Part shown: piece after piece, positions 1 to 7,156 of the stretch | How the letters are laid out: each line of letters opens with the position of its first letter | How positions within the stretch are numbered: position 1 is the stretch's first letter | From: Oligoflexales bacterium | GTDB taxonomy: Bacteria > Bdellovibrionota_B > Oligoflexia > Oligoflexales > RGVZ01 | Direction of reading: 5' to 3' | Assembly: GCA_044236265.1 (NCBI GenBank) | Contig: JBIIGV010000067.1 | Location: forward strand, 1-15,864 | DNA: 15,864 bases | The notes under the pieces: model-generated | What the model was told of the DNA's origin: nothing | Databases searched by the model: none | Seen by the model: the letters and a program-made list of their open reading frames with translations, nothing else | Position numbers and translations under genes: made by a program

Positions 1-24
1 CCTTAATTACGCGTCTTCATCATA

Positions 25-2163
25 TCACTGGCCCAACCCAAGCGCAGCCAACAACCACTTATGAGCCGACTCAAAGAAAGGCACAAAGACCAAGCTGATG
101 ATTGCCATGAGTTTCATAAGAATATTCAGGGACGGACCGGATGTGTCTTTGAATGGATCACCAACGGTATCACCAACGACGGCAGCCTTATGCTTGTCGG
201 TTCCTTTGCCCTCGTTTTTCTCTATGTACTTTTTGGCATTATCCCAGCCGCCACCAGAGTTGGAGGTGGAAAGAGCCATCACAACACCTGAAATCAGGGA
301 GCCGGCCAATACGCCTGCCAATGCTTCGACTCCAAACACGACACCTACAAGGATAGGACTGAAAATCACGAGGATCGCAGGAGCCACCATTTCCCTCAAA
401 GCAGACGCGGTGGAGATGGCAACACAGCTTCGGTAGTCCGCACGGGCCTTACCCTCAAGTAATCCTGGGATTTCACGGAACTGACGGCGGACCTCATGGA
501 TCATACCCTCAGCAGCGCGTCCGACAGCTAGCATGGTTTGCGCTGTGAATAGGAATGGCAATACACCACCCACAAACAGACCAGCAAAGACCATAGGACT
601 TAGCATGTTCAGTGATTGGAAGTTAGCACGGGTCAAGAAGGCTGCAAATAGTGCCAATGCTGTTAGCACGGCAGAACCAATAGCAAAACCCTTACCAATC
701 GCTGCTGTTGTGTTACCAGCGGCGTCCAAAAGGTCTGTGCGCGCACGAATTTCTTTTCCAAGTTCAGCCATCTCAGCAATACCACCTGCGTTGTCTGAGA
801 CGGGACCGTAAGCGTCGATGGTCAGTCCGGTCGCAATCGTGGAAATCATACCAATGGCAGCAAGTGCGATACCGTACATACCAGCCATCGTCCAAGACGC
901 ATAGGTCGTGACCGCGATAGCGATAACCGGAACAACGGCAGATTCGTATCCCAGGGAAAGACCATAGATAATATTGATCGCTGGACCCTTGTCAGAGGCA
1001 GCAGCAACTCGGCGGACGTGCTTGAATCCGTGGGAGGTATAAACCTCAGTCATATAACCAATGAGAAGCCCAGACCAAAGACCGGCCAATACCGAGTATA
1101 GAGCCTGCGAATTAGAAACAGACAGAGAGCCAATTAAAAAAGATTCCGGTAAGACTTTATCAGTGACCAGGTAGAGTGCCACGGTCATCAAAATGGTCGA
1201 AATAATCAATTGGCCACGTAGGGTCGGCTCGACCTGAGTTGCATCCGGTTTCAAGCGCGCGAAAAAGGCTGTAATCAGACAAACTGGAATACCAAGAGCA
1301 CTGATAAGAAGTGGATATAGAAGTGTATTTAAATCGTTTGTCAGTGCCGCAGAAGTCGCCCCGATCACAAGGGCCGCACAGGTTGCCTCCGCGCAAGAAC
1401 CGAATAGGTCGGCTCCCATGCCGGCAATGTCACCCACGTTGTCACCAACGTTATCTGCAATAACTGCAGGGTTGCGGGGGTCATCCTCTGGGATGCCGGC
1501 CTCAACTTTACCGACCAAATCTGCGCCCACGTCGGCGGCCTTTGTGTAAATACCTCCGCCCACGCGTCCAAACAGAGCCACTGTGGAGCCGCCTAAACCA
1601 AAGCCGGCGACCATCTCCATAATATAGTGACGCTCGATGCCTGATGACGCGAGCATACTGTCAAAAACTACAACCACGAGCAGCAGCCCCAGAACCGCCA
1701 AGCCAGTCAGGCCGAACCCCATGACTGCACCCGATTGGAATGCAACACGGAATGCGTCCGTGATGCTGCGACGGGCGGCAACAGTCGTACGAACGTTACC
1801 TTGAGTGGCAATCTTCATGCCCAGGAATGCGCAAACACTGGAGATAACAGCTCCGATCACAAAAGCCGATGCACTGTACAACCCCTCATTGACACCGGTA
1901 GTTGCCGCATTATCCAGAGTAAAGGCGATCACCACTGCAAATGCAGCGACAAAAATCCCAACGAATTTGTACTCCTGACTCAGGAAGGCCATAGCGCCTT
2001 CAGAGATCGCGCCAGAAATTTCTCGGAGGCGGGCAACGACATCTTCAGAAGCGCCAATATCAGCAGCCGTCAATTTTAAAGAGTTAACCTTGACTGCGTA
2101 AAATGCAGCGACGATTAAAGATAAAATCGCGCACGCCGCAATTATTCCCACAACAGAAACCAC
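25..2163 (-). CDS. hppA: Membrane-bound K+-dependent pyrophosphatase (probably H+-translocating)
   Basis: 712 aa, very hydrophobic. Has the mPPase motifs [71 protein letters not shown] and [24 protein letters not shown] start preceded by AGGAGG on the - strand. Confidence 0.97.
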   Translation of the reverse strand: MVSVVGIIAACAILSLIVAAFYAVKVNSLKLTAADIGASEDVVARLREISGAISEGAMAFLSQEYKFVGIFVAAFAVVIAFTLDNAATTGVNEGLYSASAFVIGAVISSVCAFLGMKIATQGNVRTTVAARRSITDAFRVAFQSGAVMGFGLTGLAVLGLLLVVVVFDSMLASSGIERHYIMEMVAGFGLGGSTVALFGRVGGGIYTKAADVGADLVGKVEAGIPEDDPRNPAVIADNVGDNVGDIAGMGADLFGSCAEATCAALVIGATSAALTNDLNTLLYPLLISALGIPVCLITAFFARLKPDATQVEPTLRGQLIISTILMTVALYLVTDKVLPESFLIGSLSVSNSQALYSVLAGLWSGLLIGYMTEVYTSHGFKHVRRVAAASDKGPAINIIYGLSLGYESAVVPVIAIAVTTYASWTMAGMYGIALAAIGMISTIATGLTIDAYGPVSDNAGGIAEMAELGKEIRARTDLLDAAGNTTAAIGKGFAIGSAVLTALALFAAFLTRANFQSLNMLSPMVFAGLFVGGVLPFLFTAQTMLAVGRAAEGMIHEVRRQFREIPGLLEGKARADYRSCVAISTASALREMVAPAILVIFSPILVGVVFGVEALAGVLAGSLISGVVMALSTSNSGGGWDNAKKYIEKNEGKGTDKHKAAVVGDTVGDPFKDTSGPSLNILMKLMAIISLVFVPFFESAHKWLLAALGLGQ

Positions 2164-2295
2164 CGGAACCTCCTAGAAACGAGTTCTTACAGATGTATAA
2201 AATTCTCAAAAACGAGCCTTACCTTATGCCAACAATAAAGCTTGCTTTCAACAGATATAGGGCTGAACTGGCTAAATTTTATACACATTTAGGAT

Positions 2296-2329
2296 AAAAA
2301 AAGCCCCGCGTGAGCAAATCTCACGCGGG
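2296..2329 (-). terminator. Rho-independent terminator of the H1-like gene
   Basis: Perfect 10-bp stem CCCGCGTGAG (2305-2314) / CTCACGCGGG (2320-2329) with a 5-nt loop. The A7 run at 2296-2302 reads as a U-tract on the - strand. It lies about 40 nt downstream of the stop at 2372. Confidence 0.9.
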
Positions 2330-2371
2330 ACTCGATTTTCAAGGATTTCCAAAGAGGAAATCCAAGAAGAA

Positions 2372-2572
2372 TTACTTCTTCTTGGATGCCTTCTTAGTAG
2401 CCTTTTTACGGGTTGCTTTCTTAGTAGCTTTCTTAGCGACCTTCTTGGTTGCCTTCTTAGTAGCTTTCTTAGCAGCCTTCTTGGTTGCCTTCTTCTTAGT
2501 TGCCTTCTTCTTCGTTGCTTTTTTCTTAGTTGCTTTCTTAGCCACAGCTGCTCCTTGTTCCATGCTATCCAT
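2372..2572 (-). CDS. Small Lys/Ala/Thr-rich histone H1-like (nucleoid-associated) protein
   Basis: 66 aa with 30 Lys and 1 Arg in ATKK/ATKKK repeats. AGGAGGA SD 8 nt before the ATG at 2572, an alternative in-frame GTG at 2545 with its own AAGGAG SD, and a dedicated terminator. Confidence 0.85.
   Translation of the reverse strand: MDSMEQGAAVAKKATKKKATKKKATKKKATKKAAKKATKKATKKVAKKATKKATRKKATKKASKKK
2375..2542. repeat. Imperfect 12/15-nt coding tandem repeat (ATKK/ATKKK units)
   Basis: Repeated TTCTTAGTAGC / TTCTTGGTTGCC-like units on the + strand with synonymous variation, so this is a protein-level repeat. Confidence 0.8.
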
Positions 2573-2759
2573 TGTTACACTCCTCCTAAAATTTATCTCG
2601 ATTCACTTCTCAGTCCGACGCCATACTCTCACGAGTATAGATTTTAATTCTTCACTTAAGAAGTCTCTAAAAAAAATAATAACACAAGACGAGTTGAAAA
2701 TCCTATACCTCACGTTAATTTTTTTTCATTTTTTTTTCACAGGGATTTTTTTGGAAGAG

Positions 2760-2786
2760 CAAACTTGCGTCCATAGTCACCGATCA
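2760..2786 (+). promoter_or_regulatory. Possible weak sigma28-like promoter upstream of the candidate ncRNA
   Basis: CAAA-N15-ACCGATCA against the consensus TAAA-N15-GCCGATAA. Shares the CCGATCAA core with the site at 14878-14904. Confidence 0.25.
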
Positions 2787-2829
2787 AAGGGTGGAAAACA
2801 GTGGTCATGAAACATTGCTCGCGATTTCA

Positions 2830-2857
2830 TTGCAAGCGTTCAAGTCATACATATAAA
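2830..2857 (+). promoter_or_regulatory. Possible sigma70-type promoter for the candidate ncRNA
   Basis: TTGCAA (2830-2835), 16-nt spacer, TATAAA (2852-2857), immediately before the structured region. Confidence 0.3.
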
Positions 2858-2859
2858 GC

Positions 2860-3340
2860 CACCAAAACGCTGGGGCCCAACGGTTTTATTGGATGGGTAA
2901 AATCGATCGCGGAGACTTCAAAGGTGCTTATTCAGCCCCGCAGCAACTCGTCATTGATGACATTTGGCAGATCATGACCGCTCCACTCGGGGGTGCCATT
3001 ATCGGTCAAAAAAATTTGGAGACACCCTTCCCTTTCGACGGCACTCAAGTCACTTTGGATGGCAAACAAGACCCTAGGCTCACTGCTCAAGACCGTTCGA
3101 GCAACAGATATCAACTCCCCAACATCTTGTGCCTCAACGAGTCGACGCAATGACTAAGACCCCGAGAGAGGTCGAGTCAATGCATCGGCAGGAGGGGGCA
3201 AATTAAAGTTGAAGGGGGGTAACGCCAAGCGGGTCCTCGCCACAGGCTTGCCTGTGAATTATTTGGATACCCATTTCGGAGCAAGGTAAAATTTGCCTCC
3301 GACGATGAAGATCGGGCGTAAAAGCCGTCGACATGCCGGC
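2860..3340 (+). ncRNA. Candidate large structured non-coding RNA, family not recognised (ends approximate)
   Basis: Nested long-range helices found by eye: 2893-2899/3268-3274, 2909-2918/3231-3240, 3030-3039/3208-3217 and 3066-3071/3125-3130. Also a long hairpin at 3131-3199 capped by C-GAGA-G and a hairpin at 3241-3256 with a G-CUUG-C tetraloop. G-U pairs and tetraloops favour the + strand. No convincing ORF. Confidence 0.6.
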
Positions 3341-3381
3341 GCAATCAATCACCAGATAGATCGTTTGGAATAGGCGATGTA

Positions 3382-5724
3382 TCAGGGTTTTGGGGTTCGC
3401 GGGTTCAAAATTCGAAGTGCTGCCTCGGCGCGTGAATTTAGTAATCCGCGCTTTTCTGGCTGCGTAGACTCGGGTGCTGGAGCAGCGGGTTTCGCCACCG
3501 GTGCCGCATTTCGTTTGGCCTTCATCTCAGCCTTAACGACACCGCCCTCTCTCCGCGGACCATCCACCGCCGATGGCTCGGACAGCTCCGAAACTGCAGA
3601 AGATCCTGTTCCTGCTTTTGTGAGCGATTGGGCCAGTTCATGGTCACTGATCAGCAAAAGTACGGGAACACCCGCATCACCTGTGAATGCATTTAGCGAT
3701 TTAACGAAGCTAGTACGCTGGGGGGGAGGCACATGACGCACAGCCCACCTATAAAGGACAACTGCTGAGTCAAGACGTGATGGCCATAGAGATGCCGCTG
3801 CAAATCGCTCCTGCTCTTCTAGACGGGCGATATCTAATAGTGTGGCACAGCGAAGCGCAACCTCACTCACTTGCTTTGCGAACTCACTCCCCAGTTCAGG
3901 CGCCGTCAGATCTGATATGGCAAACAGTTTCTCCCAGTCCTTTTTGAGTTCGTCCTTCCTGGCCATAACCCACTGGGTCGTATTTTTAACCGCTATAGCT
4001 CGAGATGACTCCTCAAGACCCTTCTGAATTCTTTGCTTCCGTCCCTCGCGGTAACGCAAAGCACCTTTGGCCTCAACAATCAGAAAGGAAATATTGCTCA
4101 GGTCTGTAGATTTTTGGCTGCCAATAATGTCCCACCATCTGCGGACTAGCCCCTCCAGGGAGGACTGTACGTGTCGTCGTTCTTCGACTCTGACTGCCAG
4201 ATCATGCCGACCATCATTTAAGACAAGGTGCTCATTGGCGTCCCTGATCAATGCAACTAGCTGCTCCATGCCGATTGACTCGTCAATGCTCAAAAGAGAG
4301 GTTGAATTGACCCACTCTGAACGAAGACGCTCCCATTCCGCTCCGGCTTTTTGCAAAATAGATGCAATGACACCAGCATCCGATTGAAATCTTTCCTTAC
4401 CCTGATTAACCCGATCTACAAGACCTTGAGAGGACTGCAGCGCGAACTCGGTCGCGACTTTCACAGCCTCGATTTCGCGGGCGAGACGAGCAATCCAATC
4501 CCTTTGCTGATTGATTGCGGGGGACGGATCGCGGAACTTGCTTTCTTCAACAACCTTCGTCGATCCTGCCTTTAGCCGGTCAAACCAACCGGTGGACTTC
4601 ATGGGACGACCGCTATCCACAATGGCACTTTGTCCGACGTAACGATCCACTTCCTGGGCCATCTGTTTGACGCCCAGAAGCATACTTGCCAAGCAACTCT
4701 CAATATCCTGACCATTAGTGCCCGCGTTGCTCAGGAAATTGTCCCAGACCTTAATGCTGTCAGTCGCAACGGGTAAGACCTGTTCTTCCAGGATGCCGCG
4801 AGCTTTACGTAGGTTTTCAACCAGACGCCCCCATGCCCTGAGGCGGACTGCCTGCTCAATCAATTTCGAAGGATCGCCTAACCTTTGAACGGCACCCAAG
4901 GTTTCCTTCGACCATTTTGATTCGATCTCTTCGATCCTGCGATCAAAAGTCTCGAGCATTGTGGAGAGACGACCGTATGACTCACCACCTTCATTGATTC
5001 GACGAATGTGTTGGTCAATTTGGTTGAGAACATCTACTTCTGACTGAATGTTCTCCAACGCAGGATCTACATCAGCCTCAAGGACAACACCCTCAGAACA
5101 GAGCTCAGCTGTTTGATTATTTAACTCTTCGAAAGCTCCTAAAATTCTTGAGGCGGGACCTGCGATCCGAGAGAGCCTGCGCGGATCGCTCCAGTTTTCA
5201 TGCCCAGCGCTTGCTGCAGTTTTTTTGGCAAGATCCTTAGCAGCGGCAAGACTTAGAACATCGGTTCGGCCATGCCGAGCATTCATATCCCAAACTGTGG
5301 CAGCCACATCGGCGCCTTGAGAGATGATCTGACGTAGCTCGACAGGAGCAACCAAAGCCTCAGACTGGTTTAAGCTAGCATCAAGATCCAGAAGGGCCGC
5401 CAACAGGGACCGTTGTGCTTCCTCTATGGTTAATAGACGGCTGTTGCGCCTAAAAACACTGCCCTTTAATCCGCGTTCGATAGTCCACACATCGCCTGCA
5501 TCATCGGCCGCATCTAACCACACCTCGGCGATATCCTGGCAACGCTTCCCGGCCAGTGCAAAGTTGATAGCGTGAGCCAGGATTTCAAGAGACTCGTCAT
5601 CACCGGTGACTGTGACCACGGGCCGCATTTTTCCAACACCTTGGGTAAACCGCCATGCTGTTGCGGCGGTGGCTCCCTGTCGGCGATAGCGAATTCCCGT
5701 AATATACACGCTTTGAGCCCCCAT
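3382..5724 (-). CDS. SMC/Rad50/SbcC/YhaN-like long coiled-coil protein with degenerate ABC-ATPase head motifs
   Basis: 780 aa. The N-terminus follows the head pattern (YITGIRYRR...VVTVTGDDESLEILAHAINFALAG...WTIER), then a long helical coiled-coil region, then a C-terminal half-head (AVVLYRWAVRHVPPPQR...PVLLLISD) and a Pro/Ala-rich tail. The ORF is clearly real; the family call is inferred. Confidence 0.65.
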   Translation of the reverse strand: MGAQSVYITGIRYRRQGATAATAWRFTQGVGKMRPVVTVTGDDESLEILAHAINFALAGKRCQDIAEVWLDAADDAGDVWTIERGLKGSVFRRNSRLLTIEEAQRSLLAALLDLDASLNQSEALVAPVELRQIISQGADVAATVWDMNARHGRTDVLSLAAAKDLAKKTAASAGHENWSDPRRLSRIAGPASRILGAFEELNNQTAELCSEGVVLEADVDPALENIQSEVDVLNQIDQHIRRINEGGESYGRLSTMLETFDRRIEEIESKWSKETLGAVQRLGDPSKLIEQAVRLRAWGRLVENLRKARGILEEQVLPVATDSIKVWDNFLSNAGTNGQDIESCLASMLLGVKQMAQEVDRYVGQSAIVDSGRPMKSTGWFDRLKAGSTKVVEESKFRDPSPAINQQRDWIARLAREIEAVKVATEFALQSSQGLVDRVNQGKERFQSDAGVIASILQKAGAEWERLRSEWVNSTSLLSIDESIGMEQLVALIRDANEHLVLNDGRHDLAVRVEERRHVQSSLEGLVRRWWDIIGSQKSTDLSNISFLIVEAKGALRYREGRKQRIQKGLEESSRAIAVKNTTQWVMARKDELKKDWEKLFAISDLTAPELGSEFAKQVSEVALRCATLLDIARLEEQERFAAASLWPSRLDSAVVLYRWAVRHVPPPQRTSFVKSLNAFTGDAGVPVLLLISDHELAQSLTKAGTGSSAVSELSEPSAVDGPRREGGVVKAEMKAKRNAAPVAKPAAPAPESTQPEKRGLLNSRAEAALRILNPRTPKP

Positions 5725-5991
5725 TGATCAGGTGCTTAAACATGACGATCTCAATTCCGGCTGTCGTAAGATCGCCTGCTAAACGACCTGTCACGTGATG
5801 CTGACTTTTGAAATCGACACTTTTACTTATCGTTTAACCAATGATAACTGATTTTTATGTAAATATTATACAACAAAAAACCCGACATGCCTCTCTTTGG
5901 TGGCAAACTAGACTCGAGTCACCCGATCGGCTTTAATTTTGAGACTTTCGGAATGGACTTCACGATCTTCAAGAAATCTGAAGGATTAGCC

Positions 5992-6020
5992 TTCCATAGA
6001 CCTCGCGCGGTGGCTACAAT
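5992..6020 (+). promoter_or_regulatory. Possible sigma70 promoter of the pyrD-HD operon
   Basis: TTCCAT-17 nt-TACAAT about 50 nt upstream of the pyrD ATG. Confidence 0.3.
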
Positions 6021-6069
6021 GTCTACCGCCATTGGATCTCAGTCACCACGCAAGGAATGATCAACCTGG

Positions 6070-7122
6070 ATGATAGACAACTTTGACAGATTTGGTCGCG
6101 CGCTCACATCGATTTTAAGGATCTTGCCTCCTGAGCTTGCTCATGACATTGGACTTGTCGCGATGGAGCGAGGTTTTTTAAAACTTTTACCGCCCCCAAC
6201 CCCGCCGCAACTCGCCGTACCCTTACAAGTGACCATTCGAGGACTAGGTCGGCTCCGTCATCCAATCGGACTAGCTGCAGGGTTTGATAAAAACGGTCGC
6301 TGCCCAGCAGCCTTTGAGCATATGGGAATGTCATTTATAGAGCTTGGAACTGTGACGCCTCGACCTCAACCTGGCAACCCAAAGCCAAGACTCTTCAGAT
6401 ACCCCGAGACACGCTCGATTATCAATCGCATGGGATTTAACAGTGAGGGTGCTGAAAAGGTCCTACGTAGATTACAGGAGCTAAAATGGAATACCACACG
6501 GGTACCTCTTGGAGTTAATGTCGGCAAAAATAAAAATACGGCCAACGAACAATCCATCAGGGACTTTGTGACGGGCATCGAGGCTTTCGCGCCACTGTCA
6601 TCTTGGATAACGATCAATATTTCATCCCCGAACACTCCGGGGCTTCGTAGTCTGGCAACGCCAGAGTTCCTGAGAGACCTAGCTCAATCTGCCGGCGATC
6701 TTAAAAAGAAATGCTGGATCAAACTTGACCCAGATATGGAACGCAAAACATTTCAAAAGCTGATAGAGGTGATTGGTAGCCTAGATGTCGCCGGTGTCAT
6801 TGCATCAAACACGCACCGTGTCGAATGGCCTCAGGCTGGAGGCCAAAGTGGGTACCCTTTACTTTCGCCCGCAAACGCCTGTCTTGAGTGGATCTGGGAG
6901 GTCTCCAAAGGCTCTATCCCAGTGATCGCGAGTGGCGGCGTTTTGTCGGGAGTTGATGCCTTTCACAAAATCGCTCGAGGTGCCTCTGCCATTCAGATCT
7001 ACACGGCCTTGGTTTACCGTGGCCCCGGCGCAGTTTTCAGAATTTGTGAAGAACTAGCCCAAGAGTTAAAACTTCGGGGCTTTGGCTCAGTAGAGGAGGC
7101 CATAGGCTCGTGCTACGCCTAA
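6070..7122 (+). CDS. pyrD: Dihydroorotate dehydrogenase (quinone), family 2
   Basis: Motifs PELAH, GLAAGFDKNG, GTVTPRPQPGNPKPRLFR, INRMGFNS, NISSPNTPGLR (Ser base) and QIYTALVYRGP. Confidence 0.96.
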   Translation: MIDNFDRFGRALTSILRILPPELAHDIGLVAMERGFLKLLPPPTPPQLAVPLQVTIRGLGRLRHPIGLAAGFDKNGRCPAAFEHMGMSFIELGTVTPRPQPGNPKPRLFRYPETRSIINRMGFNSEGAEKVLRRLQELKWNTTRVPLGVNVGKNKNTANEQSIRDFVTGIEAFAPLSSWITINISSPNTPGLRSLATPEFLRDLAQSAGDLKKKCWIKLDPDMERKTFQKLIEVIGSLDVAGVIASNTHRVEWPQAGGQSGYPLLSPANACLEWIWEVSKGSIPVIASGGVLSGVDAFHKIARGASAIQIYTALVYRGPGAVFRICEELAQELKLRGFGSVEEAIGSCYA

Positions 7123-7156
7123 TCTCCGGGAAAAAGACATAAGGAATCGCAGCGCA

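Noticed and set aside
2375..2542. CRISPR array or VNTR
   Set aside because: There are no unique spacers, and the variation is synonymous within a coding repeat.
2310..2810. 166-aa hydrophobic ORF (FLVAFL repeats) on the + strand
   Set aside because: It is the antisense shadow of the Lys-rich repeat gene, which has the SD and terminator.
2893..3153. Overlapping short ORFs 2893-3153 (+, 86 aa) and 2932-3150 (-, 72 aa)
   Set aside because: Neither has a clear SD or a recognisable motif, and both overlap the structured region. A small peptide cannot be fully excluded.
2860..3340. tmRNA, SRP RNA, 6S RNA, or a c-di-GMP/TPP riboswitch
   Set aside because: There is no tRNA-like T-arm or CCA end, no tag ending in AA-stop, no SRP helix-8 motif and no single rod with a central bubble. 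The GG(C/T)AAA words at ~2896, 3061, 3197 and 3285 lack a paired P2-GAAA stem and GACGCAAAGC, and there is no CUGAGA.
2975..3365. RNase P RNA (rnpB): GCTCCA..GGGTGCCA, GGTAACGCC, CGGAGCAAGG and CCAGATAGAT resemble RNase P segments
   Set aside because: The universally conserved P4 strands (GAGGAAAGUCC and ACAGAA..CGGCUUA) are absent, and the observed helix nesting does not fit the RNase P layout. A cmsearch with the bacterial RNase P models would settle it.
5911..5930. Adjacent short palindromes GACTCGAGTC and CCGATCGG in the divergent SMC-like/pyrD intergenic region
   Set aside because: They are short, occur once and match no operator I recognise. A sigma28-like -10 on the - strand lacks a correctly spaced -35.
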